Below are positions 1 to 9,210 of a DNA stretch of 64,000 nucleotides, in pieces. The stretch covers positions 2,048,001-2,112,000 of the forward strand of contig OY969934.1 in assembly GCA_963704725.1 (NCBI GenBank), given 5' to 3'. Numbering within the stretch: position 1 is the first letter of the stretch; each line of letters starts with the position of its first letter. Below the pieces are notes generated by a model that was not told the DNA's origin, did no database searches, and saw only the letters and a list, made by a program, of their open reading frames with translations. The stretch comes from an uncultured Actinomycetes bacterium (GTDB lineage Bacteria; Actinomycetota; UBA4738; HRBIN12). Both the position numbers and the translations under genes were made by a program.

Positions 1-1001
1 AAGAACAGCCGAAGGTCGTGCACGCCGAATCTGACCATGGCCACCCGCTCGATGCCCAGGCCGAACGCGAACCCCGTGTACCGCTCGGAGTCGTACCCGC
101 AGTTCTCGAGCACCTTGGGGTGCACCATGCCGGCGCCGAGCAGCTCGATCCAACCGTTGCCGCACACGCGGCATCCCGCCCCGTCGCAGATGAAGCACGA
201 GACCGCGGCCTGGCAGCCGGGCTCGACGAACGGGAAGTAGTCGGGCGAGATCCGCACCCGCGTCCGTTCGCCGAACATCTCGCGGGCGAACGCCTCGAGC
301 GTCCCCTTGAGGTCGGCGAACGAGATCCCCTCGTCCACGGCCAGCCCCTCGACCTGATGGAACACCGATCCGTGGGTGGCGTCCGGGTTCTCTCGCCGGT
401 AGACGCGTCCCGGAACGACCACGGCGACGGGCGGTTGCTGCGACTCCATCGTTCGGATCTGCACGGCCGAGGTCTCCGTCCGCATCAGCAGGCCCGGAAC
501 GTCAACGTAGAGCGAGTCCTTCATCGTTCGGGCGGGATGGTCGGACGGGATGTTCAGCGCCTCGAAGTTGTGCCAGTCGTCCTCGATCTCGGGGCCCTCG
601 GCGACGCGGTAGCCCATCCGCGTGAAGATCTCGACGATCCGGTCCTCGACCAGCGTGAGCGGATGGAGCGAGCCGGGTCGGGGACGCCGTCCGGGCAGGG
701 TGACGTCGACCGCGTCGGCGGAGAGCAGGGCCGCGTCCGCCCCGAGCTCGAGCCCCGTGCGGCGCGTCTCGAGGGCGTCGCGGAGATCGGAGAACGCGCG
801 GTTCGTCAGCCGGCCGACCTCACGGCGATCGTCGTCCGCGAACGCGCCGAGCGACCTCTGCACCTCGCTCAGCCGGGACCTGCGCCCGAGGGCGGCGACC
901 TTGGCCTCCTCGAGCGCTTCGACGGAGCCGGCGGCGCCGATCAGCTCCCGGCCCCGCGCGACCTCCTCTTCGAGGATGCGTCGAGCGTCGCTCGGGTCCA
1001 T
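1..1001 (-). CDS. pheS: Phenylalanine--tRNA ligase alpha subunit (3' end runs off window)
   Basis: Not in ORF track; manual translation from ATG 1001: MDPSDARR...GSLHPLT...HNFEALNIPSDHPAR...FHQVEG...YFPFVEP...GFAFGLGIERVAM. Confidence 0.97.
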   Translation of the reverse strand, partial: MDPSDARRILEEEVARGRELIGAAGSVEALEEAKVAALGRRSRLSEVQRSLGAFADDDRREVGRLTNRAFSDLRDALETRRTGLELGADAALLSADAVDVTLPGRRPRPGSLHPLTLVEDRIVEIFTRMGYRVAEGPEIEDDWHNFEALNIPSDHPARTMKDSLYVDVPGLLMRTETSAVQIRTMESQQPPVAVVVPGRVYRRENPDATHGSVFHQVEGLAVDEGISFADLKGTLEAFAREMFGERTRVRISPDYFPFVEPGCQAAVSCFICDGAGCRVCGNGWIELLGAGMVHPKVLENCGYDSERYTGFAFGLGIERVAMVRFGVHDLRLF

Positions 1002-1055
1002 GTGTCCGGCGAGTCTAGCAAGCCACTGTGCGCGGACCGGCCGCGCCGAGCCGGG

Positions 1056-2501
1056 TCAGCCCGGCGGCCTGGGCCCGCCCGACGGCACGTCCAGGACGAA
1101 CGACAGCGTCCCGTCCTGCACGTGGACGGACGCGGTGCCGCCCTGCGACGTGGCCACGCCGAGGGCGACGAACAGCCCGATCTTGCTTCCGGCCCCCGTC
1201 CCGGGGGGGCGCGGACGGAACAGCCGCTCCGCATCGGCTTGCGACAGATCGGTCCCGTGCCGGGAGGTGACGAGCACGAAGCGGCCCTGTTGCACGGAGC
1301 CCTCGACCTCCACAGGCCCGTCGCTCGTCCACCACACGAGCGACTCGACGAAGGCCTCGAGGATCATCCGCAGCCGCTCGGGGTCGGCGAAGACCTCGAG
1401 GGCCTCCCCCCGCCACAGCACGGGCGGGTGATCTGGGTCGCGACGCAGGGACTCCGCCGTGCTCCCCACGAGCGCCGCGACGTCCACGCGCTCGGGGTAC
1501 AGGTCGAGCGACCCGGCCGCCAGGCGGGCGGCGTCGACGAGCTGGCGCAGGATGCCGTTGAGCCGGTCGGTGTCGTACACGATCCCGGCCAGCATCAGCT
1601 CGCGCTGCTCGTCGGTCATCTGCTCCCACCGGTTCGCGAGGGCGTGCCCGAACCCCTTCATCGCCGTGAGCGGCGAGCGGATGTCGTGCGCCGCCGCCGC
1701 GATCACCGTCTCGAGCACCGCGCGCCGCCCCTGGCGGCGCTGGCGGGCCCACTCGAACAGGCACACGGTGGCGGCCGCGGCCAGGTTGAGCGACTCGGCC
1801 GCGCCCTCGATCGGCACGCGAACGGTGGCGTCGGCGAGCCGGCTGACGTCGGTGGGCAGCCCCCAGGCCTCGTTGCCGAACAGGAAGGCCACGGGGTCTG
1901 CGAGGTCGAGCTCGTACAGGTCGGCGTCGCCGTGGGCGTCCATGGCCAGGACCCGGAACCCCCGGTCCTTCAGCTCCCGAGTGGCGGCTGCCGTGTCCGC
2001 GCCCCGGACGACGGGGACGTGGAAGAGCGAGCCGGCCGAGGCCCGGACGGTCTTCGGGTTGTAGACGTCTACGGAATCGGCGCTGAAGACCACGGCGCCC
2101 GCGCCGATCGCGTCCGCGGATCGAAGTATCGTCCCGGCGTTGCCGGGATCGCGGACCGAATGCAGCAGGGCGACGCATCCCGTCTCGAGCTCGAGCGACT
2201 CCAGACCGGCGTCGAGGTACCCGGCCACGCCGACCAGCCCCTGCGGCGTGACGGTCGAGGTGAGCTTGCCCATCACGTCCTCGCTCACCTCGATGAGCTC
2301 GACGCCCCCCTCCCGAGCCCGGTCCAGGAGCGGGTGCGGGCGGTCGGTGTGGTAGAGGCCGAGCAGCCCGGCGGGGTGCCCGAGCGCCTCCCCCACCCCC
2401 TGGGCGCCCTCCACGAGGAACCGCCGCTCGCCGTCCCGGAACGACCGCTTCTTCAGCTTGAGGACAACCGCCACGCGCTCGTTCCGCGTCGACGTGATCA
2501 C
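1056..2501 (-). CDS. TrmH/SpoU-family RNA 2'-O-methyltransferase fused to HisKA + degenerate HATPase domain
   Basis: GTG 2501 (VITSTRN); SpoU motifs RDPGNAGTILRSA, FGNEAWGL, ESLNLAAAA; in-frame H-box AAHDIRSPLTAMKGF and G2-like GSKIGLFVA. Confidence 0.85.
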   Translation of the reverse strand: MITSTRNERVAVVLKLKKRSFRDGERRFLVEGAQGVGEALGHPAGLLGLYHTDRPHPLLDRAREGGVELIEVSEDVMGKLTSTVTPQGLVGVAGYLDAGLESLELETGCVALLHSVRDPGNAGTILRSADAIGAGAVVFSADSVDVYNPKTVRASAGSLFHVPVVRGADTAAATRELKDRGFRVLAMDAHGDADLYELDLADPVAFLFGNEAWGLPTDVSRLADATVRVPIEGAAESLNLAAAATVCLFEWARQRRQGRRAVLETVIAAAAHDIRSPLTAMKGFGHALANRWEQMTDEQRELMLAGIVYDTDRLNGILRQLVDAARLAAGSLDLYPERVDVAALVGSTAESLRRDPDHPPVLWRGEALEVFADPERLRMILEAFVESLVWWTSDGPVEVEGSVQQGRFVLVTSRHGTDLSQADAERLFRPRPPGTGAGSKIGLFVALGVATSQGGTASVHVQDGTLSFVLDVPSGGPRPPG

Positions 2502-2553
2502 GCGGGCCCCCGAGGGACGTCGAAACCGGTTCGGGGGCGACCGCCCCGGCGGC

Positions 2554-2913
2554 TCACGAAGCCAGCGCGTCCTTGGCGGTCTGCGCGAGCTGTCCGAAGG
2601 CGCCCGGGTCGTGCACCGCCAGGTCCGCGAGGATCTTCCGGTCGACCTCGACACCCGCCTTCTGCAGGCCGTGGATCATCCGCGAGTAGGACAGGCCGTT
2701 CTGGCGGGCGCCGGCCCCGATCCGCGCGATCCACAGCCGGCGGAACTGGCCCTTGCGGTCTCGCCGGTCCCGGTACGCGTACTGGCCGGAGTGGAGCAGC
2801 TGCTCCTTGGCCACCCGGTACCGGCGCGAGCGCGACCCGAAGTAGCCCTTGGCCTGTCGCAGCACCTCGCGGCGCTTCTTCTTGGCGTGGACGGAGCGCT
2901 TGACCCGTGCCAT
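2554..2913 (-). CDS. rplT: 50S ribosomal protein L20
   Basis: MARVKR...AKGYFG...AYRDRR...FRRLWIARI...DRKILADLA. Confidence 0.98.
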   Translation of the reverse strand: MARVKRSVHAKKKRREVLRQAKGYFGSRSRRYRVAKEQLLHSGQYAYRDRRDRKGQFRRLWIARIGAGARQNGLSYSRMIHGLQKAGVEVDRKILADLAVHDPGAFGQLAQTAKDALAS

Positions 2914-2919
2914 CCCCGC

Positions 2920-3108
2920 CTACTTCCCCAGCAGCCGGCGGATGTTGGTGCGCTCGGCCGTGACCTCGGCCATGCCCTCCACGCGACGTCGCCGACTGCC
3001 GCTCTTCTTCGTGAGGAAGTGGTTCCCCGTCGCCTTTCGGTGCAGGATCTTCCCCGTTCGGGTGATCCGGAAGCGCTTGGCGCTCGCCCGGTGCGTCTTC
3101 TGCTTCAT
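2920..3108 (-). CDS. rpmI: 50S ribosomal protein L35
   Basis: KTHRASAKRFRITRTGK; position between infC and rplT. Confidence 0.96.
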   Translation of the reverse strand: MKQKTHRASAKRFRITRTGKILHRKATGNHFLTKKSGSRRRRVEGMAEVTAERTNIRRLLGK

Positions 3109-3157
3109 CGATCCGTCCTCGCTGTCGACTCCGACGCCGGTGTGCGGCGGTTCGTGC

Positions 3158-3766
3158 TCAGGCGCCCTGTGATTCGACCGGGGCCGCCGCGGGCGGCGCC
3201 TCGGATCGGGCCGGGCTCGCGTTCGGCGAGGGCGCCTCCACCCGGTGCTCGGTCGGCTTCTTGCTCGGCGCGATCACCATGACCATGTTGCGCCCGTCCT
3301 GCTTGGGCTGCGCCTCGACGACCGCGACCCCGCTCAGGTCCTGCACCAACCGGTCGAGGATCTTGCGGCCGAGGTCCGTGTGGGCCATCTCGCGACCGCG
3401 GAACATGATCGTGACCTTGACCCGCGCACCCGCCGAAAGGAACCGCACGACGTGACCCTTCTTCGTGGCGTAGTCGTGCGGATCGATCTTCGGGCGGAAC
3501 TTGATCTCCTTGACCTCGATCCTGGCCTGCTTCTTGCGGGCCTCCTTCTGGCGGATGTCGCGCTCGTACTTGTACTTCCCGTAGTCCATGATCCTGGCCA
3601 CGGGGGGATTCGCCTGCGGCGCCACCTCCACCAGATCGAGGTCGAGCTCCTGGGCTTGCCGGAGCGCCTCCTGCGTGGAGACGATCCCGATCTGCGACCC
3701 GTCGGCACCCACCAGCCGCACCTGCGGCGAGCGGATCCGGTCGTTTATGCGCGGATCAGCCGAGAC
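3158..3766 (-). CDS. infC: Translation initiation factor IF-3, probable non-canonical start (GTC 3766; ATA 3748 alternative)
   Basis: PRINDRIR..VRLVG, LDLVEVAP, MDYGKYKY, KEIKFRPKID, MFRGRE; SD GGAGGTGA 6 nt before GTC; in-frame TGA immediately upstream. Confidence 0.95.
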   Translation of the reverse strand, partial: VSADPRINDRIRSPQVRLVGADGSQIGIVSTQEALRQAQELDLDLVEVAPQANPPVARIMDYGKYKYERDIRQKEARKKQARIEVKEIKFRPKIDPHDYATKKGHVVRFLSAGARVKVTIMFRGREMAHTDLGRKILDRLVQDLSGVAVVEAQPKQDGRNMVMVIAPSKKPTEHRVEAPSPNASPARSEAPPAAAPVESQGA

Positions 3767-3789
3767 CCCGCATCACCTCCCTACCGAGA

Positions 3790-3816
3790 CAAAGGCACCG
3801 GCCGTCCGCCGGTGCC
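3790..3816 (-). terminator. Terminator-like hairpin in infC-rpmI-rplT leader (possible attenuator)
   Basis: Minus strand GGCACCGGC-GGACG-GCCGGTGCC-TTTG between promoter and infC SD. Confidence 0.5.
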
Positions 3817-3847
3817 GAGGGTGGAGCACGGTGAACCGTTCCCGGGG

Positions 3848-3877
3848 AGTATAGGTGCAGGCTGGGGGCGGTGTCGA
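3848..3877 (-). promoter_or_regulatory. Housekeeping-sigma promoter for infC operon
   Basis: TCGACA-N18-TATACT on minus strand. Confidence 0.6.
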
Positions 3878-3904
3878 CGGGATGCGCATCCCCGAGCGCG
3901 GCGC

Positions 3905-4108
3905 TTACAGGGGCCGGACGTTGGCCGCCTGCTTGCCCTTCGGGCCGTCCACCACGTCGAATTCGACGGACTGCCCCTCGGTGAGCGACCGGTACCCCTC
4001 CCCCGAGATCGCGGAGAAGTGGACGAACACGTCCTCCGCGCCCTCCCGCGAGATGAACCCGTAGCCCTTCTCGTTGCTGAACCACTTCACGGTGCCCTGC
4101 TCGGCCAA
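3905..4108 (-). CDS. cspA: Cold-shock protein
   Basis: TTG start after GGAGGA; [21 protein letters not shown]. Confidence 0.95.
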   Translation of the reverse strand: MAEQGTVKWFSNEKGYGFISREGAEDVFVHFSAISGEGYRSLTEGQSVEFDVVDGPKGKQAANVRPL

Positions 4109-4197
4109 CGGTTCCTCCAGGTACGTGAGCGGCGCGGAGCCTAGCACGAGGGTGCCCGCGGCTCAACGCGGGCCGCCGGGCCAGGAGCGGACGGCGA

Positions 4198-4548
4198 TCA
4201 CCAGTCGGGCTCGAGGGGGCGGCCGTAGTCGTCCTGCAGGCGCAGGGTGTCGTCTTCCGTCGTGTAGCCGTAGGCGATCTCCAGGACGCGCCCCCGGGCC
4301 CCGCCGCCGTTGGCGATGCGGTGGGTCGTCTCGGCCGAGACCATGAACTCCTCCCCCGGCGCGGCCTCGACCGTCTTGTTGCCGATCTGCACCGTGAGCC
4401 CGGGGTCGAGCACCACCCACATCTCGTCCCGCATCTGGTGGTAGTGGACGCTCGTCTCCTGCGCCGGCTCCACCGTGATCACCCGGACGGAGCTCGGCTG
4501 GTTGAGCGCGTACGTGACCACCTTGCCCCACGGCTTGTCGACGATCAT
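4198..4548 (-). CDS. Cupin protein (mannose-6-phosphate isomerase type II C-terminal-like)
   Basis: MIVDKPWG...SVHYHQMRDEMWVV...HRIAN...LEIAYG...DDTLRLQDDYGR; ATGA overlap with ribH. Confidence 0.8.
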   Translation of the reverse strand: MIVDKPWGKVVTYALNQPSSVRVITVEPAQETSVHYHQMRDEMWVVLDPGLTVQIGNKTVEAAPGEEFMVSAETTHRIANGGGARGRVLEIAYGYTTEDDTLRLQDDYGRPLEPDW

Positions 4549-5030
4549 CGACCCTCCTGTTCGGTCCCCTTCGGCAGCTGCTCGAGGACCGAGGACGTCT
4601 CCATGGCCGCCATCGCCGCGTCCCATCCCTTGTTGCCGTGCTTGCCCCCGGCCCGGTCCATGGCCTGGTCGAAGGTGTCGGTCGTGAGCACGCCGAAGAT
4701 GACCGGCACGCCCGTGACCTCGGCCGCCGCGCGGATCCCGCTCGCGGCCTCGCCGGCCACGTAGTCGAAGTGCGCGGTCTCGCCCCGGATCACCGCGCCG
4801 AGGCAGATCACGGCGTCGATGCCCGACGCGGCCAGGCGCCGGGCCACCAGCGGCAGCTCGAACGCACCGGGGACCCACGCCACGAGGAGGTCGTCCTCGG
4901 CCACGCCGTGGGCCCGCAGGCAGGCGAGCGCCCCCTCGAGGAGCTTCGCCGTGACGATCTCGTTGAACCGGGACACGACGAGCGCGAACCGCCGTCCCCG
5001 GGCCTGGAAGTCGCCCCGGATCTCGTTCAT
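4545..5030 (-). CDS. ribH: 6,7-dimethyl-8-ribityllumazine synthase
   Basis: SRFN, VPGAFELP, LGAVIRGETAHFDYV, GNKG. Confidence 0.97.
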   Translation of the reverse strand: MNEIRGDFQARGRRFALVVSRFNEIVTAKLLEGALACLRAHGVAEDDLLVAWVPGAFELPLVARRLAASGIDAVICLGAVIRGETAHFDYVAGEAASGIRAAAEVTGVPVIFGVLTTDTFDQAMDRAGGKHGNKGWDAAMAAMETSSVLEQLPKGTEQEGR

Positions 5031-6322
5031 GGCGCGTCTGTCGCCAGCGTCCCGAGCCCGGCCGCCAGGTCCTCGGGGAGGTCACCATCCAGCTGGTGCA
5101 GGATGTGGCCCATCTTCTCCCGCTTCGTCCGCAGGTACTCGATGTTGCGGGGGTTCGGCCGAGTCTCGAGCGGCACCCGCTCCAGGATCGACAGCCCGTA
5201 GCCCTCCAGGCCCGCCCGCTTGGACGGGTTGTTCGTGAGCAGGCGCATCGTGCGGACGCCGAGGTCGCCGAGGACCTGCGCGCCGATCCCGTAGTCGCGG
5301 GGATCGGCCGGGAACCCCAGCTCGACGTTGGCCTCGACCGTGTCCCGCCCCTGCTCCTGGAGCCGATAGGCGCGGAACTTGTGAGTCAGGCCGATGGCCC
5401 GCCCCTCGTGCCCCCGGATGTACAGGACGACGCCGCGGCCCTCCTGGCCGATCCGCTCGACCGCGCGCTGCAACTGGTCGCCGCAGTCGCATCGCAGGGA
5501 GCCGAAGACGTCGCCGGTCAGGCACTCCGAATGGACGCGCACGAGGACCTCCTCGCCGTCCCCGATCTCGCCGAGCACGAGCGCCAGATGAACGTGGCCG
5601 TCGATCAGGCTCTCGTACGTGTAGGCCGTGAAGTCGCCGTGCTCGGTGGGGATGACGGCCTCGGCCGTGCGCCGCACGAGCTGCTCGCGGTGGCGCCGGT
5701 ACTCGATGAGATCGGCGATCGAGATGATCTTGAGACCGTGCCGCTGCGCCACCCGCACGAGCTCGGGCAGCCGCGCCATCGACCCGTCGGGATGGAGCAC
5801 CTCGCACAGGACGCCCGCCGGGTACAGCCCCGCCAGGCGGGCCAGGTCGACCGTGGCCTCGGTGTGGCCGGCCCGGCGCAGGACGCCGCCCTCCTGCGCC
5901 ATCAGCGGGAAGACGTGGCCGGGCATGCGGATGTCGCCCGGGACGAGCTCGGGGTCGGCGATCGCCCGCACCGTGGCGGCGCGATCGAACGCGCTCGTGC
6001 CGGTCGTGGTCCGGCCCTTGATGTCGATCGAGACGGCGAAGGCCGTTCCGTGGCTCTCGTTGTTCTTCGAGACCATGAGCGGGATCCGGAGCTCGTCCAG
6101 CCGCTGGGCGGTCACCGGCATGCACACGATGCCCCGACCGTTCGTCACCATGAAGTTGAGCCGCTCCGGGGTGGCCATCTCGGCCGCCATGATGAAGTCG
6201 CCCTCGTTCTCGCGATCGGCGTCGTCGACCACGATGACGATCTTGCCGTCGCGGATGTCCTGCACGGCCTCGTCGATCGTGGCGAACGTGGATCGATCCA
6301 CGTCGTCCTGGGTCCGACTCAT
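5027..6322 (-). CDS. ribBA: Bifunctional DHBP synthase / GTP cyclohydrolase II
   Basis: DDADRENEGD, RAGHTEA, RVHSECLTGD..SLRCDCG, LLTNNP; ATG 6322. Confidence 0.97.
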   Translation of the reverse strand: MSRTQDDVDRSTFATIDEAVQDIRDGKIVIVVDDADRENEGDFIMAAEMATPERLNFMVTNGRGIVCMPVTAQRLDELRIPLMVSKNNESHGTAFAVSIDIKGRTTTGTSAFDRAATVRAIADPELVPGDIRMPGHVFPLMAQEGGVLRRAGHTEATVDLARLAGLYPAGVLCEVLHPDGSMARLPELVRVAQRHGLKIISIADLIEYRRHREQLVRRTAEAVIPTEHGDFTAYTYESLIDGHVHLALVLGEIGDGEEVLVRVHSECLTGDVFGSLRCDCGDQLQRAVERIGQEGRGVVLYIRGHEGRAIGLTHKFRAYRLQEQGRDTVEANVELGFPADPRDYGIGAQVLGDLGVRTMRLLTNNPSKRAGLEGYGLSILERVPLETRPNPRNIEYLRTKREKMGHILHQLDGDLPEDLAAGLGTLATDAP

Positions 6323-6906
6323 GACTCTCTCCCCTCGAGCAGCGCTTCCACGTACTTCGCGAACACGTCGACCTCCAGGTTCACCGGGTCGCCGGCGCGG
6401 GCCGACCCGAGCGTCGTCACCTCCAGCGTGTGCGGGATCACCGCCACCGAGAACGTCCCATCCTCGAGCGCGGCGACGGTGAGGCTGATCCCGTCGACGC
6501 ACACGGATCCCTTCTCCACCAGGTAGCGGCGGACCTCCGGGGGCACCGCCACCGTGAGCCAGGCGCCCCCGTCCTCGGTGGGACCCAGGGACCGGACCTC
6601 GCCGACGGCGTCGACGTGGCCCTGCACCAGGTGGCCGCCGAGCCGGCTCGACAGCGTGAGCGGTCGTTCCAGGTTGACCGGGTCGCCCGAGGACAGCCGG
6701 GCGAGCCCGGTGCGACGAAGTGTCTCCTCGGAAAGGTCGAACGCGAGGCGCTCCCGGGACCGTTCGACGACCGTCAGACAGACCCCGTTGACGGCGATCG
6801 ACGCCCCGACCTCGGCGTCAGAGCTCACCGTGTGGCAGCCCACGGCGAGGCGCGACGGGCCCACCTCCCGCACGACGCCGCGCTCCTCAACGATCCCGGT
6901 GAACAT
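6319..6906 (-). CDS. ribE: Riboflavin synthase alpha chain
   Basis: MFTGIVE, NGVCLTV, GGHLVQGHVD, VNLEVD. Confidence 0.97.
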   Translation of the reverse strand: MFTGIVEERGVVREVGPSRLAVGCHTVSSDAEVGASIAVNGVCLTVVERSRERLAFDLSEETLRRTGLARLSSGDPVNLERPLTLSSRLGGHLVQGHVDAVGEVRSLGPTEDGGAWLTVAVPPEVRRYLVEKGSVCVDGISLTVAALEDGTFSVAVIPHTLEVTTLGSARAGDPVNLEVDVFAKYVEALLEGRES

Positions 6907-7984
6907 CCGCCTCCACCTTCAGGTCCCCGCCCAGCAGGTCGAACGAGCGGATCCGCAGCGGCAGCGCCTCCTCGACGGGGGCGAACCCCCGTCCGCCCAG
7001 CACGGTCGGAGCATCGGTGCCGCCGATGAGCTTCGGCGCCAGGTAGACGACCACCTCGTCGACGATGCCCTCCTCCACCGCAGCCCACGCCAGGGTCGGC
7101 CCCCCCTCGAGCAGCACGCCCTGGACGTCCCGCTTGCCGAGATGGGCGGCGAGCTCGTCCAGGGGGACGCGCTGGGCCTGGCTCTGGAACTCGACGATCT
7201 CGGCCCCGGCGGCGGCCCACTCGTCCCGCCGGGCGGCGGGCGCGAGCTCCGTCGTCGCGACGAGCGTGGGCGCGGCGTCGTCGAACAGATCGCCGGTCCC
7301 CGGGACCCGGCCGCGCCCGTCCACGAGGACCCGAAGCGGAGGCCGGCCGGCATAGCCGGGCTCGCGGACCGTGAGCGACGGATCGTCGGTCGCGGCCGTG
7401 CCGGCGCCGACCACGATGGCGTCGGACCAGGCCCGCATGCGGTGCACGTCCGCGCGGGCGGCCTCTCCCGTCACCCATCGCGACGAGCCGTCCCGCGCCG
7501 CGACCTTCCCGTCGAGCGAGGCGGCGGCCTTCCACACGACGAACGGCAGCCCGGTGCGGACATGCTTGATGAAGGCCTTGTTCAGCCGGGCGGCGGCATC
7601 GGCGAGGACCCCCACGCGCACCTCGATCCCGGCACCCTCGAGCGTGCCGATCCCCCGCCCGTCCACGATGGGGTTGGGGTCGCGGATCGCCGCGACGACC
7701 CGGGCCACGCCCGCTCGCACGATCGCCTCCGAGCACGGCGGGGTTCGCCCGTGGTGGTCGCACGGCTCGAGCGACGTGAACAGGCTTGCGCCGCGGGCGT
7801 GGTCCCCGGCCTCGTTCAGCGCGACGACCTCGGCGTGGGGGCGACCGGGCCCCTCGTGCCATCCCTCGCCCACGATCCGGCCCTCGGAGACCACGACGGC
7901 CCCCACCAGGGGGTTCGGCGAGACGAGCCCCCGGCCGCGCTCGGCCAGGCCGATCGCTCGCTCCATGTACGCCTCGTCGGACAC
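6887..7984 (-). CDS. ribD: Riboflavin biosynthesis deaminase/reductase
   Basis: PNPLVG, HAE, LEPCDHHGRTPPC, SLDGK, LLEGG. Confidence 0.97.
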   Translation of the reverse strand: MSDEAYMERAIGLAERGRGLVSPNPLVGAVVVSEGRIVGEGWHEGPGRPHAEVVALNEAGDHARGASLFTSLEPCDHHGRTPPCSEAIVRAGVARVVAAIRDPNPIVDGRGIGTLEGAGIEVRVGVLADAAARLNKAFIKHVRTGLPFVVWKAAASLDGKVAARDGSSRWVTGEAARADVHRMRAWSDAIVVGAGTAATDDPSLTVREPGYAGRPPLRVLVDGRGRVPGTGDLFDDAAPTLVATTELAPAARRDEWAAAGAEIVEFQSQAQRVPLDELAAHLGKRDVQGVLLEGGPTLAWAAVEEGIVDEVVVYLAPKLIGGTDAPTVLGGRGFAPVEEALPLRIRSFDLLGGDLKVEADVHRDR

Positions 7985-8012
7985 GTCACTCCGATCCCGA
8001 GGCGCGGGTGGG

Positions 8013-8067
8013 GAAAAGGGCAGGTGGCGGCAGCGGTGGGAAGCCCACGCCGCTGCCGGCGCCGCCC
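8013..8067 (-). terminator. FMN riboswitch expression-platform hairpin with U-tract
   Basis: Minus strand GGGCGG..CGGCAGCGG/CCGCTGCCG..CCTGCCC-TTTT between aptamer and ribD. Confidence 0.55.
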
Positions 8068-8190
8068 GTCCTCTCCCATCCCGACTCTCACGGTCGGTCC
8101 CGGAATCTCACCGGATCCACCCCTGAGCGGCTCCCAGGGGGTCGCGGACTGTCACCGCCGGTGGGGAGTTGCACCCCGCCCCGAAGACAG
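8068..8190 (-). ncRNA. FMN riboswitch (RFN element)
   Basis: Minus strand GTCTTCGGGGCGGGGTGCAACTCCCCACCGGCGGT...GGATCCGGTGAGATTCCGGGACCGAC...AGTCGGGATGGGAGAGGAC upstream of ribD. Confidence 0.95.
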
Positions 8191-8280
8191 GCTTCTGACC
8201 TCGAAGTATACGAGCGAGGTCCAGAACCCGCCAGGCGTCGGGGCGGCGCCGGGCCTGCGAGCGAGCGTGGCCCGGATCGA

Positions 8281-9210
8281 TCAGACGATGCGGCGGTCGA
8301 CGGCGTAGGAGGAGCGCAGCTCCCGCTTCGCGAACTGCTTCATCTCGGTGGCGACGGCGACGGCCTCGCCGTAGTGGGCGAATCGGCGGACCTGCGTCGT
8401 GGCGATCCCCACCGACACGCCCGCCAGGGGCAGCTTCTGGAGCACGCCCTTGCGATCCTCGACCTCGACGTACCCGCGCTCCAGGTCCTCCGCCTCGTAG
8501 AACTCCCGGACCTCCTCGTCGAACCGCTCGACGATGCGCTTGGCCGCGTCCTCGGCGATGTCGGGCGGCACCACGGCCACGAAGTCGTCCCCGCCGACGT
8601 GTCCCACGAACCCGTCGGAGCCGGCGAACTCCACCACCGCGTCCTGGATGATGCGCGCGGTCGCCTGGATGAGCCGGTCGCCCCGCACGAACCCCTTCTG
8701 GTCGTTGTACGCCTTGAAGTTGTCGAGGTCGCAGTACAAGACGGCGAACGGGCGATCCTCCCGGACCTCCCGCTCGATCTCCTCCTGGATCCGGATGTTG
8801 CCGGGCAGGCCCGTGAGCGGCGACAGGTTGCGCATCTCCTTGGCCCGCCGGAGCGTGCCCTTCACCCGCGCGAGCAGCTCGATGGGGTCGAAGGGCTTGA
8901 TGATGTAGTCGTCGGCGCCGGCGGTCAGGCCGAGCACCTTGTCGGTGGACAGCGCCTTCGCCGTGAGCATGATGATCGACGTGTTCGACGTCTGCGGGTT
9001 GCGCCGCAACCGTTGTGCCACCTCGAACCCGTCGATCCGCGGCATCATGACGTCCAGCAGGACGAGGTCGGGGCGGAGCGTGGCCGCCTTCTCGAGCGCC
9101 TCCTCCCCGTCGGAGGCGACGGACACGTCATAGCCGGCGCTCCGCAGGTTGACCTCGACGAACCTCGCGATGTCCGGGTCGTCGTCGACGACGAGGATCG
9201 TCTCGGGCAT
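8281..9210 (-). CDS. Response regulator receiver + GGDEF (GGDDF) diguanylate cyclase
   Basis: ILVVDDD, LLDVMMP, KPF; PLTGLPGN, DLDNFKAYND, GD, GHVGGDDF. Confidence 0.9.
   Translation of the reverse strand: MPETILVVDDDPDIARFVEVNLRSAGYDVSVASDGEEALEKAATLRPDLVLLDVMMPRIDGFEVAQRLRRNPQTSNTSIIMLTAKALSTDKVLGLTAGADDYIIKPFDPIELLARVKGTLRRAKEMRNLSPLTGLPGNIRIQEEIEREVREDRPFAVLYCDLDNFKAYNDQKGFVRGDRLIQATARIIQDAVVEFAGSDGFVGHVGGDDFVAVVPPDIAEDAAKRIVERFDEEVREFYEAEDLERGYVEVEDRKGVLQKLPLAGVSVGIATTQVRRFAHYGEAVAVATEMKQFAKRELRSSYAVDRRIV

Noticed and set aside
18-2903. Long plus-strand ORFs (also 7786-11484, 21021-23927, 49080-53738) and minus-strand ORFs over the che operon
   Set aside because: Antisense shadows of real genes, expected in high-GC DNA; no recognisable motifs.
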